From NCBI GenBank assembly GCA_949878885.1, contig CATLBN010000002.1:18774-82773 (forward strand): a DNA stretch of 64,000 bases, in the 5' to 3' direction. Numbering within the stretch: the stretch's first letter is position 1; the number at the start of each line of letters is the position of its first letter. Made by a program: the position numbers and the translations under genes. The notes below the pieces were generated by a model. It was not told where the DNA came from and made no database searches. It saw only the letters and a program-made list of their open reading frames with translations. This stretch comes from an uncultured Clostridia bacterium. GTDB lineage: Bacteria; Bacillota; Clostridia; Christensenellales; Borkfalkiaceae. Of this stretch, positions 36,085-45,466 are shown piece after piece.

Positions 36085-38067
36085 TTAACCTTTTTTTACT
36101 TTTTGAATAGATATTTTTGCTTTTTCGGCAACGTTTTCTTTGGTAAAACCGTAGTAATCAAAAAGCACGTTGGCAGGCGCGCTTGTTCCGAAGGAGTGCA
36201 TTGCTATAACTTCGCCAAAGTCGCGCGCATATTTGTACCAAGCAAAATGCGAAGCCGCTTCAACGCAAACCCGCGCTTTAACAGCGTCTGGTAAAACGTA
36301 TTGTTTGTATTCGGGCGTTTGCTTTTCAAATTCTCCTATGCTGGGCATAGAAACAACGCGTACGTTCAAATTATCCTGTTTAAGAATTTCTTTTGCGCCC
36401 ATACACAAATCTATTTCAGAGCCGGTGCCAATCAAAATAACGTCGGGTTTGCCCTTGCAGTCGTCCAAAACGTAACCGCCTGCAAGCGTTTTAACGCCCG
36501 AATTTTGATGCTGTTTCAAATTTTGGCGCGAAAGCACAAGAACGGTGGGGGAATTCTGCGTAAACGCCGCAACGTAAGCGGCAACGGTTTCTTTGCCGTC
36601 GCAGGGTCTGAAAACTTTTAAATCGGGTATAGAGCGCAAGGCAATAAGCTGTTCAACGGGCTGATGAGTGGGACCGTCTTCGCCTACGCCTATGGAATCG
36701 TGCGTCATAACGTATATAACGGGAATTTTCATAAGAGCGCTCATTCGTATGCCGGCTTTCATATAATCGGAGAAAGCAAAGAAAGTCGAACATAATACGC
36801 GCAAACCGCCGTGCAGTTGAATTCCGTTGCAAATTGCCGCCATAGCGTGTTCGCGTATGCCGAAGTGAATGTTTCTGCCCGTTCTGTTTTCAGGAGAGAA
36901 ATAACCGCCGTCTTTTATTTCGGTTTTAGTGGAGGGGGCAAGGTCTGCCGAACCGGATAATAAATTGGGAATAAGTTTGGCTATTTCGTTTAATATTTTG
37001 CCGCCGGAAACTCTTGTGGCTTCGGGTTTTTCAAAGCCGAAACAATCGAATATATCCGCAAAATCCGGGTCGTAGCCGTTCATATACTGTTTGTATTTTT
37101 TTGCAAGTTCGGGATAAGCTTTTGAATATTCTTCAAATAAATTTATCCACATTTTTTCTTTTTCAAGCTTTCTTTCCGCAATTTCCAAACAGTGTACTTT
37201 TACGTCTTCGGGCACGGTAAACGGCTGTTCCGTCCAGCCTAAGCGCTGTTTTGTTTTTAACAGGTTTTCTTCGCCCAAAGGCGCGCCGTGCGAGTCCGCG
37301 GAGTTTTCAAGAGGAGAACCGTATCCTATTTTAGAATTGCAGATAATTACGGAAGGACGGGATAAATCGGACTTTGCGCGTTCTATTGCAAGCTTTAACA
37401 CAACCAAATCGTTTGCGTCGGGCACGCGTATAACCTGCCAGCCCTGTCCGGCAAAACGCGTTGCCGTGTCGTCGCCGAACGTAGCGGAAATATCGCCTTC
37501 TATGGTTATTTTATTGCAGTCGTATAAAAGAATAAGTTTACCTAGCTTTTGGGTGCCGGCAAACGAACACGCTTCATAACTTAATCCTTCTTCAAGGCAT
37601 CCGTCGCCGCACAAAACGTAGGTAAAGTGGTCAACAATATTAAAATCGGGTTTGTTAAACGTTGCCGCAAGATATTCTTCCGCAAGAGCAAAGCCCACTG
37701 CGTTTGCAAGCCCCTGTCCTAGAGGACCGGTGGAGGTTTCAACGCCCGAAGTTTTGCCGTATTCAGGATGTCCGGGGGTAAGCGAACCCATTTGGCGGAA
37801 ATTTTTAATATCTTCTATAGAAATTCCGTATCCGAACAGGTGCAAAAGCGAATACAAAAGCATAGAACCGTGTCCGGCGGAAAGAATAAATCTGTCGCGG
37901 TTGTCCCAATTAGGGTTTTTGTAGCTGAAATTAAGAAAATCCGCAAAAACTTCGTAACCTATCGGCGCGGCGCCCAAGCAAATGCCGGGGTGTCCCGAAT
38001 TGGCTTTTTGTATTGCTTCGGCAGATAATATTCTTATTGCGTCTACGCTTTTTTTGGCAATGGACAT
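36085..38067 (-). CDS. tkt: transketolase
   Basis: 660 aa. SGHPG, GHGSMLLYSLLHL, GPLGQG and CGDGCLEEG motifs. Its ATG overlaps the upstream gene's stop (TAATG). Confidence 0.96.
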   Translation of the reverse strand: MSIAKKSVDAIRILSAEAIQKANSGHPGICLGAAPIGYEVFADFLNFSYKNPNWDNRDRFILSAGHGSMLLYSLLHLFGYGISIEDIKNFRQMGSLTPGHPEYGKTSGVETSTGPLGQGLANAVGFALAEEYLAATFNKPDFNIVDHFTYVLCGDGCLEEGLSYEACSFAGTQKLGKLILLYDCNKITIEGDISATFGDDTATRFAGQGWQVIRVPDANDLVVLKLAIERAKSDLSRPSVIICNSKIGYGSPLENSADSHGAPLGEENLLKTKQRLGWTEQPFTVPEDVKVHCLEIAERKLEKEKMWINLFEEYSKAYPELAKKYKQYMNGYDPDFADIFDCFGFEKPEATRVSGGKILNEIAKLIPNLLSGSADLAPSTKTEIKDGGYFSPENRTGRNIHFGIREHAMAAICNGIQLHGGLRVLCSTFFAFSDYMKAGIRMSALMKIPVIYVMTHDSIGVGEDGPTHQPVEQLIALRSIPDLKVFRPCDGKETVAAYVAAFTQNSPTVLVLSRQNLKQHQNSGVKTLAGGYVLDDCKGKPDVILIGTGSEIDLCMGAKEILKQDNLNVRVVSMPSIGEFEKQTPEYKQYVLPDAVKARVCVEAASHFAWYKYARDFGEVIAMHSFGTSAPANVLFDYYGFTKENVAEKAKISIQKVKKG

Positions 38068-39569
38068 TATAATTCTCCTTTATTTGTAATTGATTTTTCC
38101 AAGTTTTCGTAATTTAAAAATTCAAACTTTTTTAATTCTTTTAAAAGTCTTAACTTTGTTTGGTTTGTTCCGCCCTGTTTGTCGCTTTCGAAATTTATGG
38201 GAATAACGGGGTCGTGAACGCTCATTCTCAAAATGAAAGAGCCGCTGTTCAAGCCTATTTTAACGCCCTCGTAATTATCGGGTGCCAGCCGCATAAGCTT
38301 GTCCGTCTGCGCCAGCCGCTTCAAATGTTCTATAACCTGTTCGCCTTCTTTTTTAAAATCCGTACTTTTTCCGTTAAAACCTATGCGTACTTCGCATTCT
38401 TCCAACGGGCGTTTAAAGTCGGAAATCAAGCAGGAGAGGTCTTTGCCCTCTTTCGCCTGTTTTGCAAGACTAATCAAAAGTTTAACGGTAAGATATGCTC
38501 CGTCGTCCAAGTAATAATTTTCTTTAAAGGCGGCGTGTCCGCTGGTTTCTATGGCAAGGGGGGAGTAAACACCGCTGTCGTTTAGCTGCTTGCATTTGTC
38601 TATAACGTTTCTGTAACCGCGCATATAACGCAAATGTTTGCCTCCGCGGCTTTCTATAAATTGAGTTAAAGAATCGCTTGTAACCGAGTCGGTAACTATA
38701 ACTCCGCTCTTTTCTTTTAACAGTATGCCCGAAATTAAAGCAATTAACGTATTTCTGTTAATTTCTTCGCCGTCGGCGCCTACGCAGGCAGCGCGGTCAA
38801 CGTCGGTATCGAATATAATACCTAAATCCGCGCTGTTTTTTAAAACCGCTTTCGAAAGGCTTTCAATCGCCTCTTTATCTTCAGGATTGGGTATGTGATT
38901 GGGAAAACGCCCGTCAGGTTCCAAAAACTGACTGCCTCGGGTGTCCGCTCCCAGCGGTTTTAATACTTTTTCTGCAAAAAAACCGCCAGCGCCGTTGCCG
39001 GCGTCAACTATAATTTTTTTGCCCCTCAACGGGTATTTGCCGCATTCGTCCTCTATTTTTTCAACTAAAACAGCGGCGTATTCGTCCATAAACGGCTGTT
39101 CTATGTAACTTCCGGCGCCCTTCAAAAAATCTCCGCTTTCGGCAATTTCAAGTATTTCGTCCAAATCTTTTCCGTCAAGTCCGCCGTCGCCCGTAAAAAA
39201 TTTTAAACCGTTTCTGTCGTACGGCATATGCGACGCCGTTATCATTATAGAAGCGTCTAAAAAAGTGCGCCTCTTTAAAATAACGAACATTGACGGCGTA
39301 GAGGAAAGCCCTGTATAAATAACGTCGCCTCCGCAGCCGTTAACTGCGGTTTTAACCAATCCGCAAATATGTTCCGCCGATATGCGGCTGTCGTTTCCAA
39401 CCGCAATTTTAAGCGACGTTCTGCCCGTTTTAAGGCTCAGCCACTTATAAAAAGCTTTGCTTATAGCAATAACGGCTTCGTCGGTTAAAGTAATTGCGGA
39501 AGCGCCTTCCACCGCAATTCCGCGTATATCGGTACCGCTTTTAAGTTTTTTTAAATTCCCGTTAGACAT
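38067..39569 (-). CDS. phosphohexomutase (phosphomannomutase/phosphoglucomutase family)
   Basis: 500 aa. Active-site loop ITASHMPYDRNG, metal loop FDTDVDR, sugar loop ETSGH. Confidence 0.88.
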   Translation of the reverse strand: MSNGNLKKLKSGTDIRGIAVEGASAITLTDEAVIAISKAFYKWLSLKTGRTSLKIAVGNDSRISAEHICGLVKTAVNGCGGDVIYTGLSSTPSMFVILKRRTFLDASIMITASHMPYDRNGLKFFTGDGGLDGKDLDEILEIAESGDFLKGAGSYIEQPFMDEYAAVLVEKIEDECGKYPLRGKKIIVDAGNGAGGFFAEKVLKPLGADTRGSQFLEPDGRFPNHIPNPEDKEAIESLSKAVLKNSADLGIIFDTDVDRAACVGADGEEINRNTLIALISGILLKEKSGVIVTDSVTSDSLTQFIESRGGKHLRYMRGYRNVIDKCKQLNDSGVYSPLAIETSGHAAFKENYYLDDGAYLTVKLLISLAKQAKEGKDLSCLISDFKRPLEECEVRIGFNGKSTDFKKEGEQVIEHLKRLAQTDKLMRLAPDNYEGVKIGLNSGSFILRMSVHDPVIPINFESDKQGGTNQTKLRLLKELKKFEFLNYENLEKSITNKGEL

Positions 39570-39580
39570 ATACGCTTAAA

Positions 39581-39609
39581 ATTATACAATAAACCGCCGT
39601 TTTTTACAA
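39581..39609 (-). promoter_or_regulatory. sigma-A promoter of the phosphohexomutase-tkt operon; its -10 lies 11 nt from the ATG
   Basis: Minus strand TTGTAA (39609-39604), 17-nt spacer, TATAAT (39586-39581), then tttaagcgtat and ATG 39569. No SD. Confidence 0.5.
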
Positions 39610-39795
39610 GTATTTATATTAAATAATTGTCAAAATTTTATTTGCTTTTGCGCGTGATTGCATAAAAACTGCGTAATACGGCGCAAGGTTATATTTATTT
39701 TTAAAAAATAATAAAAATCATTGCAAAAAACTATATTTTTACATTAAAATATGTTATAATTTTTCGGATTAAATCAGTTTATAAGAGGCATAAAA

Positions 39796-41223
39796 ATGGC
39801 AAAAGACAATTTTGTAGAACAAATAGCCGATATCGAAAAGGATTTTCCGCAGTGGTACACCGACGTGGTTATAAAAACCAAACTTGTGGATTACGGACCC
39901 GTTAAGGGCACAATGGTTATCCGTCCTTACGGTTACGCTATTTGGGAGAATATTCAAAAGGAACTTGACGCGCGTTTTAAGGCTACGGGACATCAAAACG
40001 CATATTTTCCGCTGCTTATTCCTATGAATTATTTTACAAAAGAAGCCGAACACGTTGAAGGTTTTGCTCCCGAAGTTGCGGTTGTAACGCACGCCGGCGG
40101 AGAAGAACTTGCCGAACCTCTTGCAATACGCCCCACTTCGGAAACGATTTTCGGAAGCATGTACTCAAAATGGTTACAGTCTTATAGGGACTTGCCCATA
40201 CTTATAAATCAGTGGGCAAACGTAATGCGTTGGGAAAAAACCACCCGTCCGTTTTTAAGAACTTCCGAATTTTTATGGCAGGAAGGGCACACCGCTCACG
40301 CAGAGGAGAGCGAAGCCGTTGAAGAAACAATGAAAATGCTTGGCGTTTACAAAGAATTTGCCGAAACCTGCCTTGCAATACCCGTAATATGCGGTAAAAA
40401 AACAGAAAAAGAAAAGTTTGCCGGCGCCGTTGCAACGTACGGTATGGAAGCAATGATGAAAGACGGCAAAAGTTTACAGGCAGGTACAACTCACTTTTTG
40501 GGTCAAAACTTTGCAAAAGCTTTCGATATTAAATATTTGGATAAAGACGGAGCGTTAAAATACGCTTATACTTCAAGTTGGGGCGTTTCCACAAGACTTA
40601 TCGGAGCTTTAATTATGGCGCACGGCGACCAGAGAGGGCTTGTGCTTCCGCCCAAGGTTGCGCCCTACCAAGTAGTTATAGTACCCATTGCCGCTAAAAA
40701 AGCTGGAGTTTTGGAAATTTGCGCAAAAGTCAAGCAATTATTGGAGAGCGCGGGCGTGCGCGTTATATTGGACGAAACGGATAACAGCCCCGGTTGGAAA
40801 TTCAACGAGTGGGAGATGAAGGGCGTGCCCTTGCGCATAGAATTGGGCCCCCGCGACATAGAAGCGGGCAACGCGCTTATTTTCCGCCGCGATACGCTTG
40901 AAAAAACCGAATATAAACTTGAAAACATAGTACACGAGGTGCAAACGCTTTTAAAAACAGTGCAAAGCGATATGCTGGAAGCGGCAAGAGTGCGCAGGGA
41001 CGGCAAAATTGTTTATGCAAACGATATGCGCGGCATTTTGCAGGGGGTCGAAAGCGGCAACTTTGTTAAAGCAGGTTGGTGCGGCTGCCGCGGCTGCGAG
41101 GATAAAATCAAAGCGGAAACCGCCGCAACGGCAAGAGTATATGCAGAGGACGAAACAAGCGAAAAATGCGCGGTATGCGGAAAAAATGCCAAACATACCG
41201 TTATTTTTGCCAGAGCGTATTAA
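39796..41223 (+). CDS. proS: proline--tRNA ligase (archaeal/eukaryote-like short form with C-terminal zinc-binding domain)
   Basis: 475 aa. Class II aaRS motifs (RPTSET, FLRTSEFLWQEGHT). C-terminal CGCRGCEDK...CAVCGK. No INS editing domain. Confidence 0.93.
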   Translation: MAKDNFVEQIADIEKDFPQWYTDVVIKTKLVDYGPVKGTMVIRPYGYAIWENIQKELDARFKATGHQNAYFPLLIPMNYFTKEAEHVEGFAPEVAVVTHAGGEELAEPLAIRPTSETIFGSMYSKWLQSYRDLPILINQWANVMRWEKTTRPFLRTSEFLWQEGHTAHAEESEAVEETMKMLGVYKEFAETCLAIPVICGKKTEKEKFAGAVATYGMEAMMKDGKSLQAGTTHFLGQNFAKAFDIKYLDKDGALKYAYTSSWGVSTRLIGALIMAHGDQRGLVLPPKVAPYQVVIVPIAAKKAGVLEICAKVKQLLESAGVRVILDETDNSPGWKFNEWEMKGVPLRIELGPRDIEAGNALIFRRDTLEKTEYKLENIVHEVQTLLKTVQSDMLEAARVRRDGKIVYANDMRGILQGVESGNFVKAGWCGCRGCEDKIKAETAATARVYAEDETSEKCAVCGKNAKHTVIFARAY

Positions 41224-41291
41224 TCGGAGATAGATAAAACGGTAAAATAGGTTGACGCTCTTACTAAAATATTAAAATAATAATTTGCATT

Positions 41292-41330
41292 AAAAAAGAA
41301 CAGCGCTTTTGGTACGCTGTTCCTTTTTTA
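41292..41330. terminator. bidirectional terminator between proS and metK
   Basis: Stem gaacagcg/cgctgttc (41298-41305 / 41315-41322) flanked by aaaaaa and cttttttatt. Confidence 0.8.
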
Positions 41331-42479
41331 TTATTTTAAATATTTTTTCAAGTTTTCGGCGCGGTCCAATCTTTCCCAGCTTAAACCGGGTTTGCCGAAG
41401 TGCCCGTACGCCGCCGTTTGCGAATAAACGGGAGCAAGCAATCCCAAAGTCTGTATAATGGAATAGGGGCGCAAATCAAATTCTTTTACTATTATATCGG
41501 CAATTTCTCCGTCGCTCAATTTGCCCGTTTTAAAAGTGTCAACAAAAACCGAAACGGGCTGCGCAACGCCTATGGCGTATGCAAGCTGTAATTCAACTTC
41601 GTCGCAAATTCCGCTTGCAACCAAATTTTTGCAAATGTATCTTGCCATATAAGCCGCCGAACGGTCTACCTTGGTTGCGTCTTTGCCTGAAAAAGCGCCG
41701 CCCCCGTGCGCGCATCTTCCGCCGTAGGTATCAACTATAATTTTTCTGCCCGTAAGTCCGCTGTCGCCTTCAGGTCCGCCTATTTCAAATCTTCCCGTGG
41801 GATTAATTAAAAATTTTGTGTTGCCGTCTAAAAGTTCCTGCGGCACGGTTTGCAGAATAACGTATTTAATAATATCTTCTTTAAGTTTTTCCTGCGTTAC
41901 TTTGGTGTTGTGCTGTGCGGAAACAACAACGGTGTCTATGCGCTTGGGCGTTTTGTCTTGGTATTCAACAGTAACCTGCGTTTTTCCGTCAGGGCGGAGG
42001 TAGGGCAGAAGTCCAGTTTTTCTTACTTCGGCAAGTTTTATTGCCAGCTTGTGCGAAAGCGCTATGGGCAGCGGCATCAGTTCTTCGGTTTCTCTGCAAG
42101 CATAGCCGAACATCATACCTTGGTCGCCTGCGCCGAAACTTTCGCGCACGTCTTCGCCGCTTCGGTCAACGCCCATAGCTATATCCGGACTTTGGCGGTG
42201 TATCGCAACGTCTATTTTGCACTTGTCAAACGCAAAAGACCCGTGCATATAGCCTATTTTCCGTATTACGTTTCTTGCGGTTTGTTCGTAATCTACGTTT
42301 GCAAAAGTAGTTACTTCGCCCATTATAAGCAGTCTGTCGTATGCAGCGCAACATTCCACCGCGCACCTTGCAGATTTGTCTGTTTTTAAAATTTCGTCAA
42401 CTATCGCGTCTGAAATCTGGTCGCACAGTTTATCGGGATGTCCTTCGGTAACGCTTTCGCTTGTAAAAAACTTTTTCAT
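41331..42479 (-). CDS. metK: S-adenosylmethionine synthase
   Basis: 382 aa. [19 protein letters not shown] and GGGAFSGKD motifs. Confidence 0.97.
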   Translation of the reverse strand: MKKFFTSESVTEGHPDKLCDQISDAIVDEILKTDKSARCAVECCAAYDRLLIMGEVTTFANVDYEQTARNVIRKIGYMHGSFAFDKCKIDVAIHRQSPDIAMGVDRSGEDVRESFGAGDQGMMFGYACRETEELMPLPIALSHKLAIKLAEVRKTGLLPYLRPDGKTQVTVEYQDKTPKRIDTVVVSAQHNTKVTQEKLKEDIIKYVILQTVPQELLDGNTKFLINPTGRFEIGGPEGDSGLTGRKIIVDTYGGRCAHGGGAFSGKDATKVDRSAAYMARYICKNLVASGICDEVELQLAYAIGVAQPVSVFVDTFKTGKLSDGEIADIIVKEFDLRPYSIIQTLGLLAPVYSQTAAYGHFGKPGLSWERLDRAENLKKYLK

Positions 42480-42495
42480 TTTAAATCCTCATAGT

Positions 42496-42625
42496 AAAAA
42501 ATAAACCCCGCATAACCGCAGGGTAATAATTTTAAATATTTTCCCATCGGTTCGGCGTTAGCACCTTGCTTTGCAGGTTGCTGTGTGGTCGCAGGGCCGT
42601 TCCCTCGCACACTCTATATAGGTTT
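42496..42625 (-). promoter_or_regulatory. SAM-I (S-box) riboswitch with intrinsic terminator in the metK leader
   Basis: Minus-strand RNA: CCUAU-AUAGAG-UGUGC-GAGGGA-ac-GGCCC-ugcGAc-CACACAGCAACCugcaaagcAAGGUGCUAAcgccgaaccgAUGGG (42622-42543). It matches the S-box core GAGGGA...GGCCC...GCAACC...GGUGCUAA, with P1 CCUAU/AUGGG. Terminator CCCUGC-GGUUAU-GCGGGG (42523-42506) is followed by UUUAUUUUUU. SD GAGGA at 42490-42486. Confidence 0.78.
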
Positions 42626-42631
42626 GATTTT

Positions 42632-42660
42632 ATAATATCACTGTTTTTAAAATATGTCAA
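42632..42660 (-). promoter_or_regulatory. sigma-A promoter of metK
   Basis: Minus strand TTGACA (42660-42655), 17-nt spacer, TATTAT (42637-42632). The predicted TSS lies just upstream of riboswitch P1. Confidence 0.65.
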
Positions 42661-42667
42661 ACAAAAC

Positions 42668-42696
42668 TTGCATTTGCACGGCTATTTTATTATAAT
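42668..42696 (+). promoter_or_regulatory. sigma-A promoter abutting the PflX-type radical SAM gene (leaderless candidate)
   Basis: TTGCAT (42668-42673), 17-nt spacer, TATAAT (42691-42696), then aacgat and ATG at 42703. No SD. Confidence 0.6.
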
Positions 42697-42702
42697 AACG
42701 AT

Positions 42703-43554
42703 ATGAAGTGTATACAGTGCCCCGTTGCCTGCAAAGCGGACCGTCCCAAGGTTTCCGGCGCTTGCGGTGCGGACGCAATTAAAATAGCCAAATATTATTT
42801 ACATCCGTATGAAGAACCGCCCGTATCTTTTAAAAACGGAAGCGGCTGCATATTCTTTTGCGGCTGTTCGTTAAAGTGCGCTTTTTGCCAAAATTACGAA
42901 CTTTCGCGCGGCAGCCGCGGAAAAATTATAAGCGTAAGCGAGCTTGCCGATATATTCAAAAAACTTGAAGATATGGGCGCGGAGAATATAAATTTGGTAA
43001 ATCCGACTCATTATTTAAATGATATTGCGGGGGCAATGGCAATTTACCGCCCTAAAATTCCCGTTGTTTACAATACTCACGGTTACGAAACTTTAAAAGC
43101 TTTGAGTATTGCCGATACGTTTACCGACATATATCTTACCGATTTAAAATTTACGGACAGTGCGCTTGCCAAACGCTATACTGCGCGCGCCGATTATGCC
43201 GAATACGCACTTCCGGCAGTTAAGTTTATGGCGCAGAAAAAGTATTCCGAACGCGCCGACGGCAAAATGCTTTCAGGCTGTATTGTCCGTCATCTGATAC
43301 TGCCGCTTGCCGTTTACGATACTCTGGAAGTTATAAAATTCGTTAAAAATCTTCCGCAGAGCGTAAGGTTTTCGCTTATGAGCCAATATACGCCGTTCGG
43401 CGATATAGAAAAGTTAGGCGAACTTAAAAGGCGTATAACCCGCCGCGAGTACGAAAAAGCCGTTGCCGCAGCGGAAGAAGCAGGGCTTAAAAACGTGTTT
43501 TTACAGGATTATGACAGCGCGGAAGAAAGCTACATACCCGAATGGGATTTTTAA
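42703..43554 (+). CDS. radical SAM protein, PflX-type (pyruvate formate-lyase activase homologue of unknown function)
   Basis: 283 aa. N-terminal MKCIQCPVACKADR...GACG, HPYEEPPVS, GSGCIFFCGCSLKCAFCQNYELS (CxxxCxxC). Confidence 0.8.
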   Translation: MKCIQCPVACKADRPKVSGACGADAIKIAKYYLHPYEEPPVSFKNGSGCIFFCGCSLKCAFCQNYELSRGSRGKIISVSELADIFKKLEDMGAENINLVNPTHYLNDIAGAMAIYRPKIPVVYNTHGYETLKALSIADTFTDIYLTDLKFTDSALAKRYTARADYAEYALPAVKFMAQKKYSERADGKMLSGCIVRHLILPLAVYDTLEVIKFVKNLPQSVRFSLMSQYTPFGDIEKLGELKRRITRREYEKAVAAAEEAGLKNVFLQDYDSAEESYIPEWDF

Positions 43555-43557
43555 ATT

Positions 43558-45450
43558 ATGTTAGTAACTGTTGAAAACGTAACGTTCGGTTACGGCGACA
43601 ATTTAATATTGGACAACGTGAATTTCAGCGTAAACGAAGGCGAGCGGATAGGGCTTATAGGCGCTAACGGCGAAGGCAAAACCACGCTTATTCGGCTTAT
43701 AGTAGGGGGTCTATTACCCGATAGCGGTAAAATAATACGCAAAAACGGCGCAAAAACAGGCTATTTGGAACAGAGCGGCGGCTATGAAAGCGGCAATACC
43801 GTTTATGAAGAAATGCTTGCCGTATTTAAAGAAGATTTGGCGGCGATAGCAAAAATTTCCGCTCTTTCCGAAAAACTTGCAAACGCCGAATACGGCAGCG
43901 CAGAGTATAAAGCGGCGGCATCCGCAATGGAGAGCGTGCAAAGCTATATTGCCTCGCGCGACTGCTACAATACCGAAGTAAAAATTAAAACTGTCTTAAA
44001 CGGAATGGGCTTTTCCGGCAAATACAATCAAGTTGTGGATACAATGAGCGGCGGCGAAAAAACGCGTTTGAAACTTGCAAGGCTTTTGCTTGAACAGCCC
44101 GACTTGCTTATTTTAGACGAACCTACCAACCATTTGGACGTTTCAACGCTGTTTTGGCTGGAAGACTATCTTTCTACGTTTAAAGGTGCAATTTTAACAG
44201 TTTCGCACGATAGGTATTTTTTAGATAAAATATGCAAAAGGATACTCGAAACGGAAAATAAAAAGATTTTATCGTTTACGGGCAATTACACAAAATATAA
44301 AATTTTAAAAGCGGAACTTAATGCAAGGCAGTTGAAAGAATACGAAGCCCAGCAGGAGGAACGCGCAAGACTGCAGGATTATGTAGACAGAAACATAGTG
44401 CGCGCAACAACTGCAAAATCCGCTCTTTCACGTGTTAATAAGCTTGAACGAATGGAAATTTTAGATAAACCTTACGTTCCGCCCAAGGCGCCGCAGTTTG
44501 ACTTCGGATTTGAAATAACGTCTTACGACAACGTGCTTAAAATTAAAGATTTAAACCTTGAAATAGGCGGTAAAACGCTTATATACGGGGGGGAACTTGA
44601 AATTCGCAGAGGAGAGCGCGTTGCCGTAGTTGGCGAAAACGGCACAGGCAAAACAACGCTTTTAAAGTGTATTTTAAGCGGCAATAATAAAAATACAGAG
44701 CTTGGTCGGTTTGTAAAACTTGCTTATTACGACCAAGAAGGCGAAAATTTAAACGGTTCCAACACAGTGCTTTCCGAACTTTGGGAGCGGCATACGGGAC
44801 TTACGCAAACCGAAGTTAGGGCTGTGCTCGCCCGCGCCGGACTGTATGAAGAAGATATGCATAAATCCGTTGCTTCGCTGTCGGGAGGGGAGCGCGCCAA
44901 GCTTGCGCTATGCGTTTTGGAATGCGAACGCGGAAACGTTCTTCTTTTGGACGAACCTACAAATCATCTTGATTTACCCGCGCGCGAAAGCCTTGAAAAC
45001 GCGCTTAAAAAATTCGAAGGCACGCTTATTTTCGTATCTCACGACAGGTATTTCCTGTCCGCGCTTGCCGGTAAGGTTGCGGAAATCGAAGATAAAAAGC
45101 TTAATATATACCAAGGCGGCTACGGTTTTTATACCGAGCAAAAGGCAAAACGCAGCGAAGAAAAGCTTTTAAAAGAGCGCGAAGCGGAACAGTTAAAGCG
45201 GCAGCAAACGGAAAATTCGGCGTACCGTTCAAAAAAGGAACGTGCGGAAGAAGCGCGTAAAAAAGAGCTTATAAAGCGCATAGAGGCGGACATATGCTTT
45301 AACGAAGCCGAAGAATTGCGGCTTTCAGAGCAGCTTTCCAATCCCGAAGTCGCTTCGGACTACGTTAAAGTGCGCGAAATTACAGAGCAGCTGCGGCTTA
45401 TAAAAAATAAGCTTGACGTACTTTACAAAGAGTATGAAAACGTGCTATAA
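43558..45450 (+). CDS. ABC-F family ATPase (two ABC cassettes, no TM domain, C-terminal coiled coil; translation-factor type)
   Basis: 630 aa. Walker A GANGEGKTT and GENGTGKTT, signatures MSGGEKTRL and LSGGERAKL. Inter-domain linker about 70 aa. Lys/Glu-rich C-terminal extension. Confidence 0.88.
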   Translation: MLVTVENVTFGYGDNLILDNVNFSVNEGERIGLIGANGEGKTTLIRLIVGGLLPDSGKIIRKNGAKTGYLEQSGGYESGNTVYEEMLAVFKEDLAAIAKISALSEKLANAEYGSAEYKAAASAMESVQSYIASRDCYNTEVKIKTVLNGMGFSGKYNQVVDTMSGGEKTRLKLARLLLEQPDLLILDEPTNHLDVSTLFWLEDYLSTFKGAILTVSHDRYFLDKICKRILETENKKILSFTGNYTKYKILKAELNARQLKEYEAQQEERARLQDYVDRNIVRATTAKSALSRVNKLERMEILDKPYVPPKAPQFDFGFEITSYDNVLKIKDLNLEIGGKTLIYGGELEIRRGERVAVVGENGTGKTTLLKCILSGNNKNTELGRFVKLAYYDQEGENLNGSNTVLSELWERHTGLTQTEVRAVLARAGLYEEDMHKSVASLSGGERAKLALCVLECERGNVLLLDEPTNHLDLPARESLENALKKFEGTLIFVSHDRYFLSALAGKVAEIEDKKLNIYQGGYGFYTEQKAKRSEEKLLKEREAEQLKRQQTENSAYRSKKERAEEARKKELIKRIEADICFNEAEELRLSEQLSNPEVASDYVKVREITEQLRLIKNKLDVLYKEYENVL

Positions 45451-45466
45451 TGCATACGGTGATTAT

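Noticed and set aside
39570-39795. Possible T-box leader upstream of proS (226-nt spacer); spacers upstream of glyQS and glnS were checked as well
   Set aside because: No T-box sequence (GGUGGUACCGCG-like), no AGAGA or specifier-loop arrangement and no terminator/antiterminator pair. The spacer is explained by two divergent promoters.
41850-42389. 179-aa + strand ORF antisense to metK
   Set aside because: It lies entirely inside the highly conserved metK coding sequence, has an Phe-, Val- and Arg-rich composition, and no SD.
43558-45450. ABC-F protein as an antibiotic-resistance (ARE) determinant
   Set aside because: The inter-domain linker is of ordinary length. The protein has a Uup-like C-terminal coiled coil and a housekeeping context. 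Nothing in the sequence supports a resistance call without phylogeny.
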